Shown here piece by piece: positions 39,295 through 53,009 of a DNA stretch of 64,000 nucleotides. The position numbers were made by a program, and so were the translations under genes. The first letter of the stretch is position 1. The number at the start of each line of letters is the position of its first letter. The notes under the pieces are model-generated. The model was not told the DNA's origin. It saw only the letters and a list, made by a program, of their open reading frames with translations, and ran no database searches. This stretch comes from the human T2T-CHM13v2.0 reference genome, Homo sapiens. The stretch lies in the NCBI RefSeq assembly GCF_009914755.1, contig NC_060934.1. One strand, written 5' to 3'.

Positions 39295-40400
39295 TTTTGT
39301 TTTCACCTCTGTATCCTCAGCACCTGGGATAGAGCTCAGCACAGGTGGATGTTCATTATATATTTGTTGAATGAATGACAGGAAATGACTTTAAAGTTTG
39401 CTAATTCACAAATATTTCATTTTACCAAGGACGGAGCCTGTGGCATTGAATAACGTGCCTCAAATCAAAGACAAGACATGCTGCCAGGACCCTTGTCATT
39501 TTATTCCTAGGTCAGTGATAGTTCTTCCATGTTGCCATTTGATGAAATGGATATGCAATAAAGTATGTAGAGATGGAAGAGAGTGATATGTTTTAGATTA
39601 TCAAGGAAAGCTTTCTGATGGAAATGAGATTTAGGGAAGGGTTATAATCTGGCATAGATAGGTAGAAGATGAAGAAAATAAACCAGAAGCTAGTAATAGC
39701 CAACGCAAGAAATTGGGACCTGGTGTTTTTTACGGCCTCAGAGGAAACCAAGAGAGTTGGTGAGGAGTGTGACAAAAGATGGGCTTCTGGGACAGATTAT
39801 AAAAGGTTTTGAAGTTCAGATTCATGAATGTGAACTTGATGTGAGAGTCAGTAGGCTTCCTTCACCACCCCCTGAAACATGAACATAGAATAATAATGGC
39901 AGAGGCTTAAGAATACCAAACTTATCTAATCCTTTTCTATATATTTTCTACCTAGGCTGTTCTTTTTTAATACCTTATAACTTTTAATCTAAATTGTGGT
40001 GGTTGTTCTTCCTACATATAACACACTCTGTTACGTAGCTTCATTCTCATTACTTCTCTCCATCCCTTCACATATTCTCCTCTGGCTAAATTGTACCACT
40101 CACTTTTTATCATACATGATCTGTATTTTTTCACCTCCTAGCTTTTTGTGATACTATTTGTCAGGGATGCTTCCTTTTTTCCTCTTCTTCTCTTCCCTCC
40201 CCCATGTTTAAATCTTTCTGTTCTTCAATGCTCACCTCAAAGACTTCCATTTAGAGTACTGGTTTGGTACTCATTATCTTCTATATTAGAGGTATCAATA
40301 TTCTTGTATTACCATAAAATCCATATCTGATTGATATTCTCCACAATGCCTGGTCCAGTGCCTTTTATATTCCAAGCACTTAGTAAATATTTTTAAATTA
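39295..40400. mobile_element. Cluster of L2 fragments
   Basis: L2 3' termini (tatttgttgaatgaatga ~39361; gcacttagtaaatattt ~40376) and L2-like bodies. Confidence 0.6.
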
Positions 40401-40439
40401 ATACAAGATCATCTTACAATAACAAAATATAGATGTTAA

Positions 40440-40935
40440 CCAAATGATAATTTAGTGCCTTTTGCTTACAAAATACTTTTCTCTGGGTTCCCACATTTAG
40501 TCTTGATAACAGTCTTATGAAGTACATGCAATTGTTTCCTGATTTTTAACAATGAAGAAACTCAGAGAGTTATTATGTAGAACTTTACCTAACAATGGAC
40601 TCACTCAAAATACAGATGCTTTATAAAGGCAAACTCTGAGCACTTAGTAGGGAGAAGGCTCTTTGATAAATGCTTTATATAATATAATATTTTATTCTTT
40701 CTGCAACCTTTTGAAGATAGGCAGTCATAGTTCCTCAATTTATAGGTAAAGAACAGAGGCACAGAGAAGTTAACTAGTGTGCCTATGTCAACTAGCAGAA
40801 CGAGGATTTGAACACAAACCATTTGGCTTAAGAAATCAAGCTCATAAATCATTGTTCTATTAAATGAGTTGCCTAAGGATACATAGCTACTAAGTGGCAT
40901 AACGACAACCTGAAAGCAGGTCTCCTGAATTTGAA
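40440..40935 (-). mobile_element. Nested MIR fragments
   Basis: aatgaagaaactcagagag; aacagaggcacagagaagttaact...ggatttgaacaca; gcctaaggatacatagctactaagtggca. Confidence 0.7.
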
Positions 40936-41689
40936 CTTTCTATTTCATAAGTAGTACAGTAATCACAAGTTATTGACGCCTGGGCACCATCTCCCTTGGC
41001 ATTTTTCCTGTTTGTCTCTGAGTGTAACTAATTGCAGTTGTGACATCACAATCAGTGCTGTGGTAACAGATGGACTGTGAGGTATAAAGACTGAAGCAAT
41101 AGAGAAAATGTTTCCTTTTTCAATTTGCAGGACTATAGTTAAACTTCACCTAAAGACTTTTATAAAGCATCCAGTTAGTTAAAGCATGCATTTTTCCATA
41201 AAATGAAAGAGCTCAAATTAATTTGGTATATAACTTTTTTTCCCAAAATGCTTAGTGTATTTAATATGAAACAATGTACAGAGGAATAAAAAGCAAATTT
41301 CATGTACTCAAACTCCTAACCTCAAATGCTCCACCTGCGCTGGCCTTCCAAAGTGCTGGGAGTGAGCCACAATGCCTGGCCCTGAATTTCATTTACTTAT
41401 ACACAGGATGAATCACTGTTATTGGCAAGTGCAGATTACATGAATTTGGGGCTGCTGGGAGTCTGCCATTTCTGGACTTGAGGTTGAACAGAACCAAATG
41501 TTCTCCCTGGAAGGGATTGCGAAGTCCAGCCCAATTTTTTTTTTTTTAATAGATAAAGAAAAGAAAATGACGCCCAGGAAAGGAAAGAAATTAGACCAGG
41601 CTCAAATGTCCAGTTACTGATCTAGCTTGTAAAAGGATTTAGATATTCAGATTTTTCTCATCCAAACTATACTCTCAGCACTTAGAAAA

Positions 41690-41880
41690 GGCAGTAGAGT
41701 GAAGGAATTAAGAGCACAGAGATTTTAATGTCAGAATGACTTAGATTGGCTACCTAGTTCAACACGTAATTTTGTGGCATTGTACAAATTACTTCGCCTC
41801 TCTGTGGTTCCATTTCCACATCTTTTAAATGAGAGTAATGTCACCTGTATTGGATTATTGTGTGGAATACATGATATACT
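41690..41880 (+). mobile_element. MIR
   Basis: aagagcacaga...aaattacttcgcctctctgtgg...tttccacatct..taaatgagagtaat. Confidence 0.7.
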
Positions 41881-43077
41881 TATATTTTTATTATTCCTTA
41901 CATTGTATGGTCATTATTAATCTACATTGGTTATCTAGTAATAGTAGATGAAGTAGCATCTTATGTGGAAAGAGACACAAGTTTTAGTCTGATGCTATTT
42001 ATTTGGGGGCCTATATCTTTATTTTTATTATTGAAAGGCTTGTACTTGTACTAATGGTCTTGTCAGATTATATTATTTTCAAGTTGTACAACCTTAACAC
42101 TGCCATTTTAGCCTTTGGTAGATTTGTAGTTGAAATGGATACTTTTTAGGCTTGATCCCATAGAATACTTCAATGAGAATTTTACCGATCATCTTGGTGC
42201 ACATTAGGTTCTTGTACTAAACCATGAAATGCACTCTTCAAATATGTAGTCGGCTAGAATTCCACTTGTCCATTTTTATTAAAAGGGCCTGCCTGAACTT
42301 TGACTGTGGAGGATATAGGCTTATTTAACACCACATCGTTCTGCCACACAAGGTACCTACTCGAGCGCATAGTCCTGTTCAGGGTGATATTAGGACTACT
42401 ACTTTTAAGTGTGCACTGGCAGACGTAGGCCATTTATTCAAACATAGAAAGGCATAGCTAATTAGACAAGAAGCAGAGCTCCCTTATTCGTGCTTCAGGC
42501 TGTCACCCGAAGGAACGCAGAAGTATCCTCATAAACTGTGGAAAAGTACAAGCCCTGTAACTAGGTCTGAATAAAGATACCCTATTTAAGTGGAACAACG
42601 CATGAATCTTTTTTTTTTTTCCTGTGACCGGAACAATACAACACCTCACTTCAGAGAAATGTGTAAACTGCCACTCACTTCAGAAATTTGGCTAGTATAT
42701 CTCTTCTGAGGCTAGGTTGGTCTGAGAATGTGCCTATATTTGTACCAAGTTACAGGAAAGAGGCCTTTCTGAAAACATTTGATTCCAGGCTCAGACTGTT
42801 GAAAACAACAAATGTCAGTTTAACAGAATATATTTTAGATTCATTATCACAGTTGAATGATCCTTGAAAAACATTATGTCAAGAATTCCAGTTTAAATTT
42901 ACCTTCTAACTCTGGATTCTTGAGTTAGAAATTAGAAAACCTAAAATCTAATGTTTATAGGAATGTAGTAGCTAGCATTTTATGGTACACGTACAGAAAC
43001 CAATTCCAACCAAGGTAAGCAAAGGAAGTGGTGGTTATTTTCATGACATTTTGTTATCTCTCAGAACCCACAGAAAT

Positions 43078-43436
43078 TAATCTGCTAGGCTGCTGTATTA
43101 GAATACCACAGACTTAAACAGAAATTTATTTTCTTACAGTCCTACATGCTGGAAGTTCAAAATCAAGGTGCAAGTAGGTTAGGTTTTTCCTGATCCTCTC
43201 TCCTTGGCTTGCAAATGGCTGCCTCCTCAGTGTCCTCGCGTCACCTGCTGTGTGCATGCACTCTGGTGTCTCTTCCTTTTCCTGTAGGAACACCCATTGT
43301 ATTAGATGAGGGGTCCACACGTATGACCTCATTTAATTATAATTATCTCTTTAGAGGCTCTGTCTCTAAATACAGTCACATTGTGGGCTAGGGCTTCAAC
43401 ATATGAATTTTGAGGGACATAATTGACTCCGTAACA
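43078..43436 (-). mobile_element. MaLR solo LTR (MLT1A/B-like)
   Basis: aataccacagacttaaacagaaatttatttt...ggcttgcaaatggctgcc...agggcttcaacatatgaattttg...ccgtaaca. Confidence 0.85.
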
Positions 43437-44706
43437 AGCAGTAATGCAGTAACCTCTAGGAAAAGAAAAAATGGGTAATTGTTGGCATTCAGAATACTCT
43501 ATTCCCATCTCTTTCTCTCTCTCTCAAAATCTTTGTCTCCCACTCCCTTCCTCACTCCCTCTTCGCTGCATCTCTTTGTACATTTGTGGTGGTTTTCCTC
43601 TGTTGAAGGATCAGATCTCCTATTTCTCTCTCTAGTCCATTGTCATTCCAGTTTTCTGGAACTGGGAATCTGAAGGTCCAGCTTTATTCTGGTGTGTATC
43701 TGTGATTCAATTCAGCATTGTTAAGAGGTTGGAGCCAGAGTGATAGTGAGACCATTTACTAGTCTATGTCTGCTGGGGCCGGGTAGTCAGCTGGAGCAGG
43801 AGGAAGCCTACAGACCTTTGCGGTGCCAGTTGTTAACCTCCTTTACCTTCCAGGTCATGGAGAGGTCAGGAGACTGACTTGAGGGGCTTGAGGGAGCATC
43901 TATCATCCTGTACCACTGGTGTAGCCATACTGGTTACTGCTGAATGTCTATCCTGGTTGACCATGAATTCCAAAAATACTTTGGTGACCTACTCTTATGA
44001 AGGAAGGGAGCAGTTAAAAGGGCTGTTTTGAGCTAGACAGCCATTTCCAATGCACATTCTGCCAGAGAAAGTTTGTCCACAACCTTCCTCTAAATCATTC
44101 TCTCAATCTCTACAAAACATAAAACATTATTTCCAAAAATAGATCATTTTCTTAGAAATGTTTAAATGTGGACTTCCAGTTAGAAAAATGGTCTAATATA
44201 AAACAGTAGAGGAATGTTTAGCCACCAATTCACAGTTTTTAGAAAGTTCCCACCATATATAATGCGTGATCTTCTTGAAGGTGAATACACTGTACTTTTA
44301 AAATATCAAACTCTTCCATCCTTCATATAAAAATATTGACCATTTTTCTTGACAGTTTAATGACAAAATCATAGCAACAATTCTTTCAGTTATTATCATC
44401 TTTATCACTATCATCTGACATTTATGCTGAAATAGCTGTGTATACGTTCTTGCAGAGCAGTACAATGAGAAACTTTTCTCTCTGGCCTCCAGGTGTTTGT
44501 CAATTCCATCCTGGCTCTGGGGAACAAAACAAGTGCCTGCAGGAAAACAGGGAAGTGCAAATGACCTATTCCTCTAGAGCTCAGCCTTTTGTTAGCCTTG
44601 AAAATGGAATTGCCTGTGTTGGTCCATAGCCCTTGAGGGGTCTAGGAAAGAGAAGCTGATGCCTGCAGGGAGAATAAAGAAAGTGCCAACATTTTTCTGC
44701 CCATGT

Positions 44707-44750
44707 AGTGGTCTGGAGTTTGCTGCCAAGTGGTCTGGAGTTTGCTGCCA
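44707..44750. repeat. Perfect 22-bp tandem duplication
   Basis: AGTGGTCTGGAGTTTGCTGCCA x2. Confidence 0.97.
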
Positions 44751-45871
44751 AGGTCCCAGGACTGGGTAATAGTTGCAGGTCTTCATTCTTATCAGCAGGA
44801 CTTCCACAGGGAGGAGAGGTTCTGGGAAATCCTCCTGACAGCAGGTGTCTGCAAATGGGGAGGCAGAGATGAGGGAGGGAAGGAAAGTGTTTGCATCCCC
44901 ACCAGGAAGGAAACTTACCTGACACATTTCGTAGCAGCAAGGGTTTGACAATGCTTTAGGATACTAAAGCTAGGATACTCATTATTCAACTAAATGTTGA
45001 ATTTTATATATATCAGCATGTATTTTATAAATACTGAGTATATACTCTGTGGAAGGTAGGCACACAGTTGAACAATATGGGAGTTTAAATGTGAACGAAA
45101 ATGTGACTTCTCTTTTCAGTAGTACTTTCACAGGAAACTTTATCATTAGCCTTTCTCTTGAACTTACACTGAGGATTTATGGTGCTCAGATTTGAGTCTC
45201 TGGCAGAACAGCTGTGCCTGCAAGGAGTTTCCCTTCTGTCAGACAAGATAGAGAATAGAGGATTTGAGCAGACAGCTTCCAAATGCATTTTTTGATTTGT
45301 TTGATTTCCTGAGAGGTATATAGAAAATGAAAATGTAACTGCTGTTCATCCATTGACCCTCTTTCTGAGGTTCAAGATGAAAGATTTTTTTTTTCTTTAT
45401 TACTGAGAAAAGCACTGTCCCCGAATTCTATCTACCTGTACATACTGAAGATAGGGATTATGATTTATAGTGGCATTCCACTCAAAGTCAGCATAACACT
45501 AACAGCTCCTCACACACCCCTTCATCTAGAAGCAGAAGCTTCAGGCAAGCCTGCTCTATGGATAGTACATTGTTGCCAGGCCATTGATTCATTGAGCAGC
45601 TAATGGTCCTTTCACGACCAGAGTTCTTAAACGTTAACCTTAAAGCGTAATTTCTTGAGAACAAATTTAAGTACCACATAAGTAAACATAGAACCAAGTT
45701 TATTACTTAAATGACTACGATTAAATTTAAATATCATTGTGCTTTAAGCAAATGATGCTATCAGTTTCTTCTCAAAAGTGAAGCATGATAACTTGCTAAC
45801 CGGGGACAGTAGAGTCAATGTGCCTGTTGATGCCATGATATATCGTCCTGTTTTGGGGGGGGCGGGAAATA

Positions 45872-46015
45872 TTTTTATTTAATTTTCCTTTTTGTTAATA
45901 GAGATGGGGGTCTCCCTATGTTAGCCAGGGTCTCGAACTCGTGGCCTCAAGCAAGCCTCCCATCTCGGCCTCCCGAAGGTGCTGTGATTACAGGTATGAG
46001 CCACTGCGCCCAGCC
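45872..46015 (-). mobile_element. FLAM_C / Alu left monomer
   Basis: agagatgggggtctccctatgttagccagg...gagccactgcgcccagcc. Confidence 0.88.
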
Positions 46016-46130
46016 AGTGGGGTTTTCTTTTTTAAAGACGTGAAAGACTTACAATTCCCCTTTTGGGCTGGTCAGTGACTAGCTGTGTTAATTATGTTAT
46101 TTGAGAACTTTGCTTCCTAAGCTGACCTTT

Positions 46131-46422
<292 letters not shown>

Positions 46423-46947
46423 TGACCTTTCTTTTTCATATACAGTCTCCTAATTTTTTCTCTTTCTCCTGTTTCTATAATTGTTGCCCACTATGTCCAT
46501 TACTTTCTGACCTCCTTCTTTTACTGAAAATATAAGTGTGTATGCTTCCTGTTGTCTAGGTAGAGGAGAGTTATATTCTTCTAGAAAGAATTGCACCATA
46601 CGAAACTGAAGTTGTCTTGCCTTTAGTTCCCTCCTCATGGCTCCAAGGCAATTCTGATTGTTTATCTCAAAGCTGTAGCATTTTTTGTCTACTTCCTTTG
46701 GAAGACACCAGCACTTTTCCTGTGTGTAGGAGGAAGCTGTCAGTGATTGTGGGTGGTTGGGTGAGAAACCAGATAAGATGGATTGTTGGAAAAGTTAAAT
46801 TGGTGGAGAGTGTTTGAGCTGTGGGTGAACTTAGAAGAAAACACTTTAATAGATAGATCCAGAATGGCAAAGACTGCAATAAACCAGGGGGGTAATGAGT
46901 TTACATTCTTTTCTTCTTTTCTCTTTAAATAGTCTTTCCATATACAT

Positions 46948-47463
46948 TGTAGGGAAGGAAAAATATATTTTCCTCACCCATTCTGCATTCATGGCTGAGG
47001 TTTCTATAATAAACAGATGAAGCAGAGGAAAGCGTATAAATTTAATGACTGTAAGTTTTATATGATACAGGAGCCTTCATAAGGAAATGAAGACCTGAAG
47101 AAACTGGCAAACATGTGTAATTTTATGCTAAGTTTGATGAAGATTGGATAGTCATGGAGAAATATGAAAGGAGGACAAAAGTTTGTGATCTAACCATAGT
47201 AAACTGGGGGAAACTTAGCAAAGCCTGTTTGTTCAGTTTCTTCTTGGCACCTCTGTGTCTCCTTTCCTCTGAGTATAGAGAGGGCACCTCTTACATGGTC
47301 TTATGACTTGCTTCAGGGGAAGATCAGAAAGTCCTTACTAGATTTTATGACATGGTTCCAGAAAGAAAGGTCCAGAGAAGGTGAGAGTGATCTTCCTGTT
47401 TCTGCTGTTTTCTCAACTGCCAAGGTGCCATATTTTGGGGAAGTGTGTTCTAAACTCTATTGA
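46948..47463 (-). mobile_element. MER31-like ERV1 solo LTR
   Basis: gccaaggtgccatattttgggg (reverse complement of the MER31 5' CCCCAAAATATGGCACCTTGGC); ggagccttcataaggaaatgaagacc. Confidence 0.8.
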
Positions 47464-47588
47464 CGTTTATCTATTACAGTTATTGTCAAGTTTTGATGCT
47501 TATTTGCAACACTATTTGGAAAATTGAAGATTTAATATATAGCAGTATCATTATACAACTCTGTCTTTTTTATAAATGTTGACTCTAA

Positions 47589-47860
<272 letters not shown>

Positions 47861-47909
47861 AATTATTTAATCCTCATCCTCACATAAGACAGCCATGTGA
47901 ATCCAAACA

Positions 47910-48095
47910 ATTATTATTAGAATTACAATGCCATCCCATGCTAAGTGTTTTACACATAACTGCTCATTCTACCTACACAATAACTCTATGAGGGTTTTTT
48001 TTTTTGATGGATGAGAAAACTGAGGCACAGTTAGGGTAACTAATTTTCCCAGGGTTATACAGCAAGTAAAAGCCAGAGCTGGAATATAACTGTCA
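47910..48095 (-). mobile_element. MIR
   Basis: atgagaaaactgaggcacag...taactaattttcccagggttatacagc. Confidence 0.75.
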
Positions 48096-48935
48096 GCGGT
48101 TTCATTAAGGAAAATCATTAACTCCTAAAAGTTCTGCTTTATATTTTTCTGCACTTAGAATACATGTTTTATTCCCCCAAAGGAAACATTCTATTAAATT
48201 TCACCAGCAGCCACATTTTCTAACTTTTCTTGCCTTGTCAGCTTCCTGTCAGTTTTGTAAAGAAATGCAGCATAAAACTGACAGGAAAAAATTCTGAAAT
48301 CTGTAACTACATGACAGAATACTGAAAATTTTTTGCAAAGGGTTATTTTGTCATTTATTGTATAGCACTTAAACCAGAGGCCAGTTGAACAGGTGATTTA
48401 ATAAAAACCATTTAGCTAATATATTATTTTGCCAAGAAAATTTATTGTGTTGAATTCTTTTCTAATTTTTGATGGTTGCTTCCTTATTAAAACAGAGTGC
48501 CTACCAACTCTAAGTTATTTCACATAGGGGAAAAGTAAAGCAGAAGAGGTAGCTATTAATTTAAGCTGTTTTACATTTACACTGTCATTCAAAAGAAAGA
48601 AATATATGTGGAATAAGATATATATGATTCTTTGGTAAAGAAAAACACGTAAAACAGCAGATTTCATGTTTAGATGTTCAAAAGGCATTATTTTTAAATA
48701 GAGTATTAAGATGGATTGAACATTTCCTAGCTTTAGAACTATGGAAGTCTTTTGCAGACTCTAAAACATGATGCACACCTCAGGCTTCCATAAGTTTATG
48801 TAATGCAAGTGATTGTGTTTAGTGTATTAGTATTGGGTCAGACAGGGCAGCAATATAATTATATGGTTTCTAATATCTTTTAAGAAAAAGGCATCCAAAC
48901 ATTATTTAGAATCCCAGATGTTATTTAGAATCTAA

Positions 48936-49296
<361 letters not shown>

Positions 49297-49779
49297 TATT
49301 GCTTTTATTTTTTACACTTATATAGGGCTTACCATATTGGATGACCATAGTTCTCTTTGTAGAGAGGGAAAGAGTGTCTACAAACTCCATGTAAACACCA
49401 TGGGAGAGGCATGAGCTACTGTCCTGCAGCAACCTTCAATCAGGTGGGAGACTTAAGGCACATTTATGACAACGAAAATAGTAGAATGAAAGAAAGATGG
49501 GTAGTTTAAAGGGGTAGAATTTTAGGAGAGAAAAAGTTCCTTTATATCTTGAAAGATAGAAGGAAGAGATGTAGAAGGCAAAGAAATGACCTAAAGAGGA
49601 AGATGGAGGGATGTGGTAGGTCAAAATTTTTGTGTACTACAGTATGTACCAGCCATTCCAGAGAATGTCAGATATGTCACCCAATGGCCATGACACTTTC
49701 CTGTGGTCACTGAAAGACTGATTTATCCTTCTCCTTATCATCACTTGGAGCAGTAGTTTTGAAAGGTTGGAAGGTATCA

Positions 49780-50220
49780 TTCATTGTTTGTACTCACGAA
49801 ATGCAGGAAACAACCTAAATATATATTAACAGTGAATTAGATAAGTGAATTATATTTATTAGAGCTGTATGTCATAAAAATGTATCCTTTATTAGAGAAT
49901 TACATGCAACTATTTTAAAAATGAGAGTAATCTCTATGTGTTCTTATGAAATTATCTCTTATAAATATATTTAATGAAAAAGAGCAAGGGACAGGACAGT
50001 GTTACCGTATGCCACTATTCTTTTTTTATTTCCCCCCGTGGGATGTGCATATATATATATGAGCTGTTCATTGGTATATTCATAAAGTATTTCTCAAAGG
50101 ATATCTAAGACACTAATAATAGTTTCCTGTGTGTAAGAAGACTGGAAGATGGGATAATAGGGAGGTTTGGTTTTTTGTGATATGCTTTTATTTATTGTTA
50201 GACTTTATTTACCCTGTGTT
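49780..50220 (+). mobile_element. Old L1 (L1ME-type) 3' fragment
   Basis: ggaaacaacctaaatat...taatgaaaaaagagcaagg..cagga cagtgt. Confidence 0.6.
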
Positions 50221-51716
50221 CCTCATCACCTCACTCCACAAAAGCATTTCATTATATACAACTTAGATTTCATTTTTCTACTGTTTTTCAAGCTTCATAT
50301 ATAAACAAATTTACAAATTATGCAAGATTTCTTAATCTAATTAGCATGTGTCAGAAATCTCTATAGGAACTCAATAGAATGAAGATACCTGGGTGTCCTC
50401 TAGGCAGGTTAAATAAAACTCTGGACAGAGAGCCCTGGAATCTGCATTTGGAATGAACATTTGGAATCAAGTCCTCAGGGGGTATGCAGACTTCACTTTG
50501 AGAAACCCTTCATTTGAACATGATTACTATGATTATATTCAAGTGGAGGGCATTAATGTGTCCTGAAATGTAACTGTTCTATGGAATAGAAGGTGATTCA
50601 ACAGTCTAAGCAATAAACATCTGTTAAAAATAGCAGTTATTATTGTCACTATTGTTACTATTCTAGATCTCCTATCCTGTTGACTTCCTCCCACATAAAG
50701 GGGACATATTGCCATTTTTCTATGATTGCACCAAGATTCACCCTGCCTTATATCTAAGGGGATGATGTAAACGGCCCTGATATGGAAAGTCAGAATGAAA
50801 AAAATGTTTGAAAACTTTTCTTAGAAAACTTAGATGTGTATTACTAAATTTGATGATGTCCATCAAAAGTGTTGACATTTTTATATGTGATTGTGTGAAC
50901 TTTACTTTCCCAGGCCTTTCCAAGCTTGTCATTAGACGGGTGGGTCTTAGGCATTCATAGACATGGGGATTATTAGGATGCCAAGCCGTTCTATATTCTC
51001 CTCCCAAATCTCACTTCCCCCAAATGCTGAGGCTTCTTGCTATGTGGATGTCAAGCATCATAATGGTTCCATATTCTTTGCTTTGCAGCGTGATGGTCCC
51101 TTATTACCCCTTCTCCTGGTGAAATGAAACACTTCATTCTTTCTTTCTACCACCTGCTGCTACTACTGCTTGCTTCTTGCCTGTTCCTATCTGCTGCTCT
51201 TGTGGGGAGTGGGAGAGAATTGACCTCACACAGCTTCCAAAAGCAATTACATCTTTTATTTGGCTATCAAGCCGAAACCTGGCTCTTTTAGTTTACAGTC
51301 CGTCACCCCTGTTTTTGATAATTGTACTGGAGGATATTTGAGTGTCTTCATCTAGGCTTACAGTCAAACATAACATTCTCTGCCATTCTAAAATCCATGT
51401 CTCAAAATTAAGCCCAGGTATCTGGACAGTCATGTACCCCAAGACCTCTGAAGTACCTGGTGTTCTGGGACCTAAACATCTGTCCACAGTCTTTTACAAC
51501 ATTTTACTTAAAGTGTTTCCTGGAAATAAGTTCCCTGATCACTTACCTTAATAACCCAGCACTCCCAGAGTGAGCATACAGATTAGCCTCCAGGTTCGTA
51601 CAAACATGGGCTTAAGATTGAATTAAAACAAGTTCTTCATTGCCTGATTTCTGGTTTTGTCTCTCTCTTGACCTCCTTTGAAGTGAATGTAGGGCAGTTT
51701 TGTTAATAATATTGCT

Positions 51717-52086
<370 letters not shown>

Positions 52087-52568
52087 TGAACACACTGGTG
52101 GGCAGCGGAATTCCAGCTGGTTCTTCCAGTAAGGAAGCCGTGAAAGCACCCTCAGGTCGACGTACCCAGGTCTGAAAATAGAGCAGAGCAAGACTTAAGA
52201 CTGGGGAAGCAGATGGAAGACAAATACCAGACATTCCCCCTCTTTGCAGTCTCCTTTCTCTCCACCTTTTTTGTCTGGTTTTGTTCCTGTGTAGACATGA
52301 GCTCTGAGTAACAGCTTAGGCAACAGTTTGGGAACTGTTTGGGAATTAGCTTTGGCAACTGATTGGGAGACCAAAGGAAGGATTTGTCAAATAAAGCTAG
52401 GGGATGCAGAGCCAAGAGGGCAGCTAATTATTTTTGAAAACTAGTCACTGTGCTGATTTAATGTAAAGGTGGCTTTGTGCTTAACTCCAGGCACATCCCT
52501 AGATTACAGTATGAAATTTATGATCCTCAAGTAAGAAGGGAAGCATCTTTAGAAATGGAGAAGTAATG

Positions 52569-52866
52569 GGCCAGGTACTGTGGCTCATGCCTGTAATCCC
52601 AGCACTTTGGGAGGCTGAGGTGGGCAGATCACAAGGTCAGGAGATTGAGACCATCCTGGCTAACATGGTGAAACCCTGTCTCTACTAAAAATATGAAAAA
52701 GTTAGCCGGGCATGGTGGCATGTGCCTGTAGTCCCAGCTATTCAGGAGGCTGAGGCTGGAGAATGGCGTGAACCCGGGAGGCGGAGCTTCCACTGAGCTG
52801 AGATTATGCCACTGCACTCCAGCCTGGGCGACAGAGCGAGACTCTGTCTCAAAAAAAAAAAAAAAA
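52569..52866 (+). mobile_element. AluY
   Basis: accatcctggctaac; gaatggcgtgaacccgggaggcggagct. Confidence 0.94.
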
Positions 52867-53009
52867 GAAATAATGAACTTATCATCAACAGCACAGACAG
52901 CACATTACAAGTCTTCTATGAAATTTAGGTCTTCATTGGTTTCTGCCTTGATTATTACATTATAATAGTTTTCTAAATCATCTTTCTGTCTCAGGTTTCT
53001 TAGTCCTCC

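Noticed and set aside
42370-42398. Possible tRNA/NUMT or small RNA hairpin
   Set aside because: Only a 7-bp stem, with no cloverleaf, A/B boxes or recognisable mitochondrial sequence.
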